NCBI GenBank assembly: GCA_050730895.1
Contig: JBOHNV010000001.1
Span: 1-61,670, forward strand
Direction of reading: 5' to 3'
Length of the DNA: 61,670 bases
Source of the DNA: Candidatus Microsaccharimonas sp.
GTDB lineage: Bacteria > Patescibacteriota > Saccharimonadia > Saccharimonadales > Saccharimonadaceae
Shown here: positions 9,691 to 18,801 of the stretch, one piece after another
How positions within the stretch are numbered: position 1 is the stretch's first letter
How the letters are laid out: every line of letters begins with the position of its first letter
The notes under the pieces: model-generated
The model's input: only the letters and a program-made list of their open reading frames with translations
Database searches by the model: none
What the model was told of the DNA's origin: nothing
Translations under genes and position numbers: made by a program

Positions 9691-10164
9691 ATGACCAAAG
9701 TCATCATCGGTGATAGCCGAGTTATCGAATCTCGCGAAGTAAGTGATGGTGTAACGATTCGCCGCCGCCGCGAAGCACCAGATGGCACTCGCTTTACAAC
9801 TTATGAGCGTATTGAAAAGCCAAACCTTGCAATCGTAAAGAAAAACGGCTCTCGTGAACTTTACGACCGCGAAAAGCTTGCAACCGCCGTAAAGCGTTCA
9901 GTTGGTAAATTCTTTACCTCTGAAGTAGAAGTCGAAGAAATGATCGACGTTATTGAAGACGGCCTTTACGGGTTTGGTGAGAGCGAAATCACCTCGCAAC
10001 AAATCGGTGACAAAGTACTCGACGAACTTGCTATGCGCAACGAGGTTGCCTATGTTCGTTTTGCGAGTGTATACCAAGAGTTTAAGACACTCGACGACTT
10101 TGTGAGTATTCTCGAAGAACGCCGCCAGCAAAAGTTAGCCAAGCAAGCAGGCGCTGTAGGGTAA
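9691..10164 (+). CDS. nrdR: Transcriptional repressor NrdR (Zn-ribbon cysteines absent)
   Basis: VIESR..IRRRRE..RFTTYER, ATP-cone VKKNG.RE, VAYVRFASVY. Confidence 0.93.
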   Translation: MTKVIIGDSRVIESREVSDGVTIRRRREAPDGTRFTTYERIEKPNLAIVKKNGSRELYDREKLATAVKRSVGKFFTSEVEVEEMIDVIEDGLYGFGESEITSQQIGDKVLDELAMRNEVAYVRFASVYQEFKTLDDFVSILEERRQQKLAKQAGAVG

Positions 10165-10169
10165 GTCGC

Positions 10170-10430
10170 ATGCGAGTGGTGGTGGTTACAAAAGAGCGAA
10201 CCGATTACGCCAGGCAAGTCGACGAATATTTATTTGAGTTTAAACGCCGTACTGGCCATGACCTTGAAATAATCGACCCCGACACCCGCGACGGCGCTGG
10301 CTTTTGTCGTACCTACGACATTGTCGAATATCCAACCGTCGTTGCACTGTCTGATGATGGGCAGCTACAAAACCTTTGGCGCGGGCTTCCGCTGCCAACT
10401 ATGAGTGAGGTAAGTTATTATGTTCGGTAA
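10170..10430 (+). CDS. Small thioredoxin-like hypothetical protein (no CxxC)
   Basis: YDIVEYPTVVAL..DG resembles the thioredoxin cis-Pro region; overlaps the VKOR start. Confidence 0.6.
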   Translation: MRVVVVTKERTDYARQVDEYLFEFKRRTGHDLEIIDPDTRDGAGFCRTYDIVEYPTVVALSDDGQLQNLWRGLPLPTMSEVSYYVR

Positions 10431-11067
10431 ATCACTACAAAAAGTAAAAGGCGCCTTTACTAAAAAAGGTGAAGAGCAGTCGCTCCACGCCTCATTTTGG
10501 GTTATTTTAGCCTTTTCAATTACTGCGCTTATCGCTGCCTTGGTATTGAGCGTTGAAAAAATCCACCTATTAAACAACCCCGATGCCGTGCTGTCGTGTA
10601 GCTTTAATCTTGTATTGAACTGCTCGGTTGTGATGCAAACCTGGCAAGCGGCCGTTTTCTTTGGTATTCCTAATATGTACCTTGGCCTCATGGCTTTTGC
10701 GGTGCTTATTACTGTTGCTGTAGGGTTCCTATGGGGTGGCGCACGCTACAACAAGGGCTTCTTACGCCTTATGAACATCGGCGTTTTGCTTGGCACCATT
10801 TTCGCATACTGGCTCTTTTTCAGTAGTGTCTACGTAATTCAAGTGCTCTGTCCATGGTGCCTCGTTGTAACAGTGAGCTGTACGATGATTCTTGCCGCTA
10901 CAGCGCACCTTGGCCTTCGAGAAAACATCTGGAATATTAAAAAAGCCGCAAATGACCGTATTCAGAAATTCTTGAAATCAGGCTACCACCAATTGGTTGT
11001 TGCCAGCTGGCTCCTTATTATGTTCGCTTTGGTCTACCTAAAGTTTGGCGCCGAACTTTTCGCTTAG
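10420..11067 (+). CDS. Vitamin K epoxide reductase (VKOR) family protein
   Basis: LSCSFN.VLNC..V...WQA...GIPN and CPWC redox motif; multiple TM helices. Confidence 0.92.
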   Translation: MFGKSLQKVKGAFTKKGEEQSLHASFWVILAFSITALIAALVLSVEKIHLLNNPDAVLSCSFNLVLNCSVVMQTWQAAVFFGIPNMYLGLMAFAVLITVAVGFLWGGARYNKGFLRLMNIGVLLGTIFAYWLFFSSVYVIQVLCPWCLVVTVSCTMILAATAHLGLRENIWNIKKAANDRIQKFLKSGYHQLVVASWLLIMFALVYLKFGAELFA

Positions 11068-11073
11068 GCTGCT

Positions 11074-12084
11074 ATGGCAGTAAAAGATTTCTCCGAAACT
11101 ACCGCAGCTCGATTGCGGCGCTACTTTCCATTTTCAGCAAAGGCTATTGCAGCGGTTTCGCAGTATGCCGCCACGCAGGTGCAGTTTAAAACCTACAAAG
11201 AATTTTTTAAATCTGTCGATATTTCAGAGGGCGCGACGCTCTATAGTACAGCACGCCACGGCTCGGTTGAGGTTATTGATATCGCGCCGCAGGGTGATGA
11301 AAAGGGAGCGATTGTGGTGCACTTACCGATGGGAAACCCACTCGACCCCAATCAGCTGTACCAAGTAGCAACCATTGCCGGCACAAACCCTGGGTATCGA
11401 GTAATAGGCTTTGGTAACCCGAGCGGTAAGCCGTATTATCATAAAGATCAAAACCTGACGTTTATGAAGCGTTGGGGGATTGCTTCACTCCGAAGTACGC
11501 GTCCGCTTGTAGAGGCCGAGCTTTCGTATCTCGATTCCCAAGGTATTCGTAGCGCCATGCATGTTGGGTTTTCCTACGGTGCAATAAAAGCGCTGATCGA
11601 AAGTACCCATTCAGAAAAGGGAACCGTAAAGAACCTTGTTATGATAGAGCCGGTATCGCACACTCGTAGTTTGCGTCGGCTCATAGACGATTTTAAAAGC
11701 ACGCTTGGTCCAATGGGTAAGTATGTGAACAACACCGGCCTCGAAACCTACAAAGAAGCGCGTCGTCACGGTATTGAGGGTAAGCAAATCAACCGCGGGC
11801 TGGTGCGACCTATTAGCCTTGCGGTTGCTTTTATGCTGTCGCGTTTTAATCTGCGTACAGAGCTCCAAAAGTTCATAACAAAGAATCCAGAAGTTCCTAT
11901 AACGGTAGTGTGGGGGAGTAGTAGTGAGCTCATTGATGATGCACGCATGGCCACTGTAATAGCCGAACTCAAGGCCGCCGGCGCGCCATTACAGGCTATT
12001 CGTTTGCCCGGCTTGCACCACGCTCTTGCGAACGACGTGCATTTACATGCGGTAATTATTCGCCAGGCCCTTAGTTCAAAATAG
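11074..12084 (+). CDS. Alpha/beta hydrolase-fold protein
   Basis: GFSYG nucleophile elbow, LVMIEP, VVWG..SE, C-terminal His. Confidence 0.7.
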   Translation: MAVKDFSETTAARLRRYFPFSAKAIAAVSQYAATQVQFKTYKEFFKSVDISEGATLYSTARHGSVEVIDIAPQGDEKGAIVVHLPMGNPLDPNQLYQVATIAGTNPGYRVIGFGNPSGKPYYHKDQNLTFMKRWGIASLRSTRPLVEAELSYLDSQGIRSAMHVGFSYGAIKALIESTHSEKGTVKNLVMIEPVSHTRSLRRLIDDFKSTLGPMGKYVNNTGLETYKEARRHGIEGKQINRGLVRPISLAVAFMLSRFNLRTELQKFITKNPEVPITVVWGSSSELIDDARMATVIAELKAAGAPLQAIRLPGLHHALANDVHLHAVIIRQALSSK

Positions 12085-12106
12085 GGGTACCCACAATTGT
12101 GAACAC

Positions 12107-12135
12107 TTGTCACGACGCCTATAAAAGAGTAAAAT
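12107..12135 (+). promoter_or_regulatory. Sigma70-type promoter of the ileS leader
   Basis: TTGTCA-N17-TAAAAT. Confidence 0.7.
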
Positions 12136-12141
12136 AGTAGT

Positions 12142-12375
12142 ATAAACGTTTGAGTGGCTATCAACTACGAATACTATGTATACGTTTTGGGAAGAACAGT
12201 TTTTGTATTCAAAAAGCACTAGGCCTCGGCTTAGTCCACCTGCGAGGGTACATAAACCCACTAGAACCCAACGTGTTCCCGGCGTTACAGCGGAACAACT
12301 AAGTGCTGAAAGTTAAACCTTTCGGAAGTCGGATGGTACCACCCTGCACAGGGTTCCGACAACCGAAAGGTTTTT
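12142..12375 (+). promoter_or_regulatory. T-box riboswitch leader of ileS
   Basis: Antiterminator GTCGGA-TGGTACC-ACCCTG-CA-CAGGGT-TCCGAC (T-box bulge 12334-12340); Stem II-like TTAGT...ACTAGAAC; CCCGGCGTTA IIA/B-like element; candidate ATC specifier 12160-12162. Confidence 0.8.
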
Positions 12376-12403
12376 ATATTGCAAAAAAATAAGGAGCAGA
12401 GTC

Positions 12404-15295
12404 ATGGTAAAGTTCCAATCAGGTAGCCGCCGAAGGGCACTCGAATACGAAAAAGACATTGTTAACTACTGGAAAGAAAATAACACTTTCGAGAAGTCTA
12501 TTGCTTTGCGCCCTAAAGAGAATTCATATGTATTTTACGACGGCCCTCCCTTTATTTCGGGTGTGCCGCACCATGGAACGCTCCTTAGCTCGATTGTCAA
12601 AGACGCCGTGCCTCGCTACCAAACCATGAAAGGGAAGCGAGTTGAGCGTGTGTGGGGTTGGGACGCTCACGGCCTTCCAGCCGAACGCTACACCGAGAAA
12701 AAACTTGGCATTAACTCTCGCCAAGAGGTGATTGAATACGGTATCGAAAACTACATTACTGCCACTCGTGCCAATATGCTTGAAACCAGCTCGCTTTGGG
12801 AAGATACCATCGACCGCATTGGCCGCTGGGTCGACTTTAAGGGCGCCTACAAAACCATGGATAAAGACTACATGGAGAGCATTTGGTGGGCCTTTAAAAC
12901 CCTTTACGAAAAGGGCAAAATCTACGAAGGCGAAAAAGTCCTTATGTACTGTACGCTCGACGCCACGCCACTCTCTAAGGCTGAGGTTACTATGGACGCC
13001 GGCGCCTACCAAGACGTCACCGACCCAAGTGTGTACACAAAATTTAAGCTCGAAGACGGCACTACGCTTCTTGCTTGGACTACCACGCCATGGACACTTC
13101 CAGCCAACACTGCGTTGGCCGTTAACCCTGAAATTACCTATGTTGAAGTACAGGTTGGTCCAGACCGTTTCGTCATTGCTAAAGAGCTTATTGATACTGT
13201 GCTCACTAACGAAAAACACCAGCCGCTCGAATTTGTAGTACTGCGCGAATTCAAGGGAACCGATCTTGTAGGCAAGAGCTACGAGCCGCTCTTTGAAGGT
13301 CACGAAAGCGAAAACGCACACAAAATTTGGGCAGCCGACTATGTCACCACCGAAAGCGGTACGGGTATCGTGCACATTGCTCCAGCCTACGGCGAAGAAG
13401 ACTTTGCGCTCGCTCGTACAGAAAAAATCCCTGTCGTACACGTGCTCGACGAAAACGGTGAATACACCGAAACTGAATGGAAGGGCGCTAACGTTTGGGA
13501 AATCAACAAAACCATCGCTAAAACCCTTCACGAACGAGGCATGGTTTGGAAAATTGACTACATTCGTCACAGCTACCCCCACTGTCACCGTTGTGGCACA
13601 AAACTTATGTACCGCGCACACCCAAGCTGGTTTATGGACATCGAGGGTCAACGCGAAAAGATGCTCGAGCAAAACAGCGATATCGAATGGTTCCCGGCAC
13701 ACGTTAAAAAAGGTCGCTTCGCTAAAACTGTCGAACAAGCACCCGACTGGAACATCTCTCGTGACCGTTTCTGGGCAACCGCGATGCCTGTTTGGAAGTC
13801 CGAAAGTGGCAAGGTAAAAGTTATTGGTAGCTACGCCGAACTCAAAGAACTCAGCGGCGTAGAACTCGAAGATTACCACCGCCCATGGATCGACGACGTG
13901 AAATTCACCATCGACGACGAAGAATACACCCGCATCGACAAAGTGATGGACAGTTGGTTCGAAGCTGGCAGTATGCCGTTTGCGCAGTTCCACTATCCGT
14001 TCGAAAACAAAGAGAAGTTCGAAGCCAATTTCCCAGGCGACTTTATTGTCGAGTACATTGGCCAAGTCCGCGCCTGGTTTTACTACATGCACGCCATGAG
14101 CGTTGCCTTGTTTGGTGAAAACTCTTTCAAGAACGTTATCGTCACCGGTAACGTTGCCGGCAACGACGGCCGTAAGATGAGTAAAAGCTACGGTAACTAC
14201 ACTGATCCAAATGAACTTATGGATAAGTTCAGCGCCGATTCGTTGCGATTCTTGTTACTGCAAAGCCCGCTCCTGAACGGCGAAGATTTTGCCCTGCAAG
14301 ACAAAGAAGTAGGGGATATTGCTCGTAAAATCAGCATGGTCTGGAACATGTACGACTTCTTTACTATGTACGCCGACGTTGACGGTTGGGAATTTAACGG
14401 TGAACTGGTTGACCCATCTGACGAAGTCACCAATCCGCTCGACCAATGGATCATTAGCCGCGTCCACCAGCTTATTCAGCACATCGAAACCCATATGGAC
14501 GCCTACGACATTCCAAATGCCGTTAGTCCAATCTTGCCGTTCCTCGACGATGCCTCTAACTGGTACGTTCGTCGCTCACGCCGCCGTTTCTGGAAGTCAG
14601 AAGACGACACCGACAAGAACAACGCCTACAAAACGCTCCACTACGTGTTGGTGCGCGTAAGCCAAGCACTGGCGCCGTTTACGCCATTCCTCGCCGAAGA
14701 GCTCTACCGTAAGCTTACAGGCGGTGAAAGTGTTCACCTTACCGACTGGCCAAAAGTAGGCCATGCTAACGAATTAGTGATTGACCGCATGACGCGTACG
14801 CGTGAAATCATCGAACAGGGCCTGGGACAACGCATGCAAAAGAGCGACATCGAGCAACAAATTAAGGTGCGTCAGCCGCTTTCAACACTTACGTATGGCG
14901 GCGACCAGCTCGACGAATTTTACGAATCGATTATTGCCGAAGAGGTGAATGTGAAACAGGTCACCCATGAAACCGATTTGAAGGTCGAAGGAAGCAACGT
15001 TGCTGTAGTGCTCGACAAAACTATTAGTCCGGAACTCCGCCGCGAAGGTTTGGCCCGTGAGGTGATTCGTCACATTCAATCAGCGCGCAAAAACGCCGGC
15101 CTTAATGTAGATGATCGTATTGTCGTAAGCCTCGAAGCAAGCGACGATGAACTCGTAAAGGCGATTGCCGAACATGAGGCGACTATTACTGCCGAAACCC
15201 TTGCGACCACTGTTTCTAGCGACACATACGAGCACACTACTGAAGTAACCATCGAAGGTGCACAGCTGAAGGTTTCCCTAGAACGCGCTGCATAG
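12404..15295 (+). CDS. ileS: Isoleucine--tRNA ligase (IleRS2, eukaryote-like type)
   Basis: DGPP, GWDAHGLP, WTTTPWTLP, DWNISR.RFW, KMSKS, NWYVRRSRRRFW, REG.ARE C-terminal domain. Confidence 0.98.
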   Translation: MVKFQSGSRRRALEYEKDIVNYWKENNTFEKSIALRPKENSYVFYDGPPFISGVPHHGTLLSSIVKDAVPRYQTMKGKRVERVWGWDAHGLPAERYTEKKLGINSRQEVIEYGIENYITATRANMLETSSLWEDTIDRIGRWVDFKGAYKTMDKDYMESIWWAFKTLYEKGKIYEGEKVLMYCTLDATPLSKAEVTMDAGAYQDVTDPSVYTKFKLEDGTTLLAWTTTPWTLPANTALAVNPEITYVEVQVGPDRFVIAKELIDTVLTNEKHQPLEFVVLREFKGTDLVGKSYEPLFEGHESENAHKIWAADYVTTESGTGIVHIAPAYGEEDFALARTEKIPVVHVLDENGEYTETEWKGANVWEINKTIAKTLHERGMVWKIDYIRHSYPHCHRCGTKLMYRAHPSWFMDIEGQREKMLEQNSDIEWFPAHVKKGRFAKTVEQAPDWNISRDRFWATAMPVWKSESGKVKVIGSYAELKELSGVELEDYHRPWIDDVKFTIDDEEYTRIDKVMDSWFEAGSMPFAQFHYPFENKEKFEANFPGDFIVEYIGQVRAWFYYMHAMSVALFGENSFKNVIVTGNVAGNDGRKMSKSYGNYTDPNELMDKFSADSLRFLLLQSPLLNGEDFALQDKEVGDIARKISMVWNMYDFFTMYADVDGWEFNGELVDPSDEVTNPLDQWIISRVHQLIQHIETHMDAYDIPNAVSPILPFLDDASNWYVRRSRRRFWKSEDDTDKNNAYKTLHYVLVRVSQALAPFTPFLAEELYRKLTGGESVHLTDWPKVGHANELVIDRMTRTREIIEQGLGQRMQKSDIEQQIKVRQPLSTLTYGGDQLDEFYESIIAEEVNVKQVTHETDLKVEGSNVAVVLDKTISPELRREGLAREVIRHIQSARKNAGLNVDDRIVVSLEASDDELVKAIAEHEATITAETLATTVSSDTYEHTTEVTIEGAQLKVSLERAA

Positions 15296-15387
15296 AAGCC
15301 GGCAAGGGTATTGACAATTTAAACCGTTTATGCTAGTGTAAGTCCACATACAAGCGAAAGCTAAAAACAAAAAGGAACCTGCACATT

Positions 15388-15864
15388 ATGAACCCAGAAA
15401 GCACGAACTTCGACAACGAATCAACTATTGCGCCAGACATCAACAAGGCAATTGTTGAACTCAACGAAACAGCAGCCCAAACCGACATGTCACAAGACCA
15501 ATACGACGCAACCCTTGCCAGTATTGAATCTGCACATGCCGACCTTGAAAGTACGTTTGCGGTCCCTGAAGTTTCAGCCGAAACTACCGTTGAGGCCGTT
15601 GCTGAAGCTCCTGCTACCGAAACTGACCTTGGTGGCCGCGCCGTTCGCGCCGCTGTCGACATCGTCGGTAACATTGAAGACGCGCACGCCGCAGCCCAGG
15701 CCGAAGAGCGTTCACACGCCGCAGCCGAAGCTGCATTGAAGTACCAAGCCGAACGTGAAGAACTCCTTGGTATCGAAGAAGCTGCTACACATAACGACTG
15801 GTCACAAGACAAGCTCGAAGCAGCTCAGGCAGAAATTAAAGCCAAGTACGCCGAAAGTAAATAG
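15388..15864 (+). CDS. Hypothetical acidic Ala/Glu-rich protein
   Basis: Host-like codon usage, own TTGACA promoter and AAGGA SD, downstream terminator. Confidence 0.75.
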   Translation: MNPESTNFDNESTIAPDINKAIVELNETAAQTDMSQDQYDATLASIESAHADLESTFAVPEVSAETTVEAVAEAPATETDLGGRAVRAAVDIVGNIEDAHAAAQAEERSHAAAEAALKYQAEREELLGIEEAATHNDWSQDKLEAAQAEIKAKYAESK

Positions 15865-15904
15865 TCGCCAGCAAGTAGTCGAAAGGCGAACGCCAAGACG
15901 AATC

Positions 15905-15933
15905 ATCAACCTCCGCCAGGGGGTTGATTTTTT
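15905..15933 (+). terminator. Intrinsic terminator
   Basis: ATCAACCTCC-GCCA-GGGGGTTGAT followed by a T run. Confidence 0.7.
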
Positions 15934-16004
15934 ATTGAGTTTATGCTATTATAGTACTCGACTCTTCGTACGAAATCTATCAGCACACCACTAAAGAGAG
16001 GACG

Positions 16005-16433
16005 GTGAGTCAGTTGGACCAGACCAGGTTCAAAACGGTGCTCAATGGCATCGATGTTGCCCGTGAGTTTCAGCTCACCGGTGAACAGCGACAGGTAAGG
16101 GGAGACAGCTTTACGCTGCTCCTGCTTGCGGAAATTCCGCATGGTGATGAGAAGCCTTTTCCCATCATCGTTGACCGTCGGGCCGAGAATGGGCCGGAAG
16201 ACACCTTCCCGCTTTCCAACAACGGCTTGATCGTCAGAACCACCGCAAGGCTCGAGCCAGATGGCGAGTCCTTCGGGATCGATATCATGATTATCGAGCC
16301 GCGGCGGATGATCAACGAGGGCGCAGAAGTTCTTGTGTCGAAAGACATGGAGCGACTCATGCTGGAGCAGCGCGAAAGAGAGATCGACAACTTTTTCGCG
16401 GATCACCCAGACGTGCAGCAGCCAGGCAACTAG
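16005..16433 (+). CDS. Hypothetical protein (GC-rich codon usage, GTG start)
   Basis: GAGAGG SD; upstream TTGATT-N17-TATTAT; downstream hairpins. Confidence 0.6.
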   Translation: MSQLDQTRFKTVLNGIDVAREFQLTGEQRQVRGDSFTLLLLAEIPHGDEKPFPIIVDRRAENGPEDTFPLSNNGLIVRTTARLEPDGESFGIDIMIIEPRRMINEGAEVLVSKDMERLMLEQREREIDNFFADHPDVQQPGN

Positions 16434-16470
16434 CTAGGCGCGCATACCGAGCCTCCTTCTGTGCTCACAC

Positions 16471-16547
16471 ACCCCTTGGGGTTTTCCTGCGCTACGGCAC
16501 TGCCGGCAAAGGAAAACCCCGAGGGGTTTTTACTTTCCTCGGGGTTT
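16471..16547. terminator. Overlapping alternative hairpins between convergent genes
   Basis: ACCCCTTGGGGTTTTCCT/AGGAAAACCCCGAGGGGT plus T run, or AAACCCCGAGG/CCTCGGGGTTT. Confidence 0.6.
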
Positions 16548-16582
16548 ATATATGTAGTATGGCCTGTAGGCTACTAGCTTGT

Positions 16583-17254
16583 TTAGGTCTTAACTTCTAC
16601 GCCACCGAGTGCAACGGTACCGGTAAGTACCAATACGGGGCCCTTGTGGTCGTCGCTGCCTTCAGACTTGTTTTCAACGCCACCGGCAATAGGGGCGACT
16701 TTCGATACGACCTTCCAATCGCGAGGAACCTTTAGTTCGACGCCACCAAACAAAACGAACATATCGAGTGAGGCTTCTTTTACGATTTTAGCGTCGCGTA
16801 GGTCAATCGAAGCGCCACCAAAGATAGAGGTGACTTTTCCGCCCTTGTAGTCGTTTGATTTGTTTTTTGTTTCGCTACCGCTGAAAATCACAGAGATATC
16901 GTCGGCATCTTTAGAGCTGCTGTCAACTTTGGTACGATTGTGGCTACTAATAAGTACCGATAGACCGGCGCCAATAATCGCAACAGGAATAATCAGACTA
17001 AAGAAGTTAAAGTCGAGAATATCGAGCGCTCGCAGTTGCAAAAGGGTACCAACGGTAACGAGAACTGTTCCCCAAATCCAGTTACGGCGGAAGTCGCCAA
17101 TAAGGACGAAAATACCTGCAAGCACTACAAGAAGTGGCCATAGTTGGCTAAACCAACTCCAGAAGGGCAGTATGTTAAGAGCGCCCAGGAGTGCGCCCAC
17201 GCCAATGGCGATGATGATAGTTCCTGTGATAATTCGTATTGCTGTTTGCTTCAT
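16583..17254 (-). CDS. LiaF-like cell-wall-active antibiotic response membrane protein
   Basis: 4 TM N-terminus with WPLLVV; C-terminal IFGG..IDLR, FGGVELKVP.DW, GGVE. Confidence 0.85.
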   Translation of the reverse strand: MKQTAIRIITGTIIIAIGVGALLGALNILPFWSWFSQLWPLLVVLAGIFVLIGDFRRNWIWGTVLVTVGTLLQLRALDILDFNFFSLIIPVAIIGAGLSVLISSHNRTKVDSSSKDADDISVIFSGSETKNKSNDYKGGKVTSIFGGASIDLRDAKIVKEASLDMFVLFGGVELKVPRDWKVVSKVAPIAGGVENKSEGSDDHKGPVLVLTGTVALGGVEVKT

Positions 17255-17351
17255 GTTTGTATGATACCACAGGGGAGGGTATTGACTTTTTAAAATATTT
17301 ATGCTTAAATATAAACATAGCCAATTAAAAACAAACAGTTATTTAAAAATT

Positions 17352-17531
17352 ATGTCATTTTACAAGTACCTTCAACTCCAACCCATTGATCCGCAAGACG
17401 ACGGCAGTATTAGCGATTTTGATCAATACGAGCAGGACGAAACGATCGACCTCACACAAGACGAAGACGGCGCAGTGCTGCTTCAAGAGTGGGAAGCGAT
17501 TACTAACGATATGCATTCGGGCGCCGAATAA
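17352..17531 (+). CDS. Small acidic hypothetical protein
   Basis: ORF downstream of a TTGACT-N17-TTAAAT promoter; start chosen at ATG 17352. Confidence 0.55.
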   Translation: MSFYKYLQLQPIDPQDDGSISDFDQYEQDETIDLTQDEDGAVLLQEWEAITNDMHSGAE

Positions 17532-17547
17532 CCTATACTAGTAGATA

Positions 17548-17925
17548 ATGCTTACGATTTCTGACGAAGAATTTGACGCCCTTGTAACGAAGGCGATGGA
17601 CGAACTCCCACAGGAGTATATTACTGGCCTCGACAACGTGGCGATTTTATATGCCGATGAACCCAGCGAGCACCAGCGCGACAAATCGCATCTTCACCCC
17701 GGCAGTATGTTGCTGGGGTTGTACGAGGGGATTCCGCTCATACAACGTGGTGCGGGCTACACCTTTGTGCTGCCCGATAAAATTACCTTGTTTAAAAATG
17801 CACTGCTCTCGCTTGCGAATACCGAAGACGAATTATTCCAAGAGCTCAAGCGTACTTTATGGCACGAGATCGCCCATTATTACGGGTTGAGCCATGCCGA
17901 TATGCACCGCTTGCAAAACGGCTAG
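17548..17925 (+). CDS. Zincin-like metallopeptidase family protein
   Basis: LLGLYEGIPL, LPDKITLF, HEIAHYYG. Confidence 0.9.
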   Translation: MLTISDEEFDALVTKAMDELPQEYITGLDNVAILYADEPSEHQRDKSHLHPGSMLLGLYEGIPLIQRGAGYTFVLPDKITLFKNALLSLANTEDELFQELKRTLWHEIAHYYGLSHADMHRLQNG

Positions 17926-18024
17926 CCAGTAAGCAGTAGAGTTTTGAGCCGTAGGTCGGCGTGGTATAATGGAGGTACGGTACATATATATGTATGTGCA
18001 TCATAGGGGAGGGCATTAGCACGA

Positions 18025-18660
18025 ATGCAGATTCTACGAGGGGTAAAAGTAAGTACGAAATTAACAGCGTTTTTACTTTTGGCCCTAGGTACAGCATCGA
18101 GCCTCGCAATTATTCACCCTCAGCCGGTTAATGCTGAGGGTTATTTATTTGGTACGGTGCGGTGCGTGGTAAGGACAGTCTTTAATAGGGAGTGTGAAAA
18201 GAAGGCACCGCCAGTAGCCGAGGAGCCTCGCCAAGATACTCCGACTCCAAACGGGTCTGGCACTGCTGCACCGCAGCAGCAAGCTGGCACGCCAGCGGGT
18301 GGGCAGCAGACCCCTGCCTATAATTCGGGAGGTGGCACTGCGGTAGAGCCAATAGAGATTCCCGAAGAGTTACTTACCGGGTATAAAGAGTTTGAACTAC
18401 CTGCAGCGCGCACAGTGACGGCCGGCGAGCGGGTTGACGAGTCGGAGTACACGGCCTACTTTAATACGTTCAGCCCTTATGCGGTGGCTGGGGCGCACAC
18501 AACTGCCGCTATTAATGAGGCGCCGGTGCAACGGAGCGCCGAGGGTTGGAAATTGTTTGGTATTGCATGGTATTGGTGGGCGATAGCGGGGTTGGTTATT
18601 GTAGTGATGATAGTTTCTGGAAGAAGTATCCTAAGAGCCCGAACCATAAGTAAAATTTAA
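18025..18660 (+). CDS. Secreted protein with C-terminal membrane anchor
   Basis: Signal peptide, Pro/Gln/Thr linker, C-terminal LFGIAWYWW + TM + basic tail. Confidence 0.75.
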   Translation: MQILRGVKVSTKLTAFLLLALGTASSLAIIHPQPVNAEGYLFGTVRCVVRTVFNRECEKKAPPVAEEPRQDTPTPNGSGTAAPQQQAGTPAGGQQTPAYNSGGGTAVEPIEIPEELLTGYKEFELPAARTVTAGERVDESEYTAYFNTFSPYAVAGAHTTAAINEAPVQRSAEGWKLFGIAWYWWAIAGLVIVVMIVSGRSILRARTISKI

Positions 18661-18801
18661 GGATTGTCAAAACCGTCGGAAAGTGCTAAAGTAAGCAAAA
18701 ATACAAAAGTTGAGATTTGTATTAACAATTTAAGTTTTGGTAACAAAGAAGCCGCCGACCCAAGTGTTGACGCGGCCATTTTTATAACCAGGGAGTGTTC
18801 C

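Noticed and set aside
12524..14092. 522-aa antisense ORF inside ileS (similar shadows in secA, the permease and ftsZ)
   Set aside because: In-register antisense shadow caused by sense-strand codon bias; no motifs or expression signals
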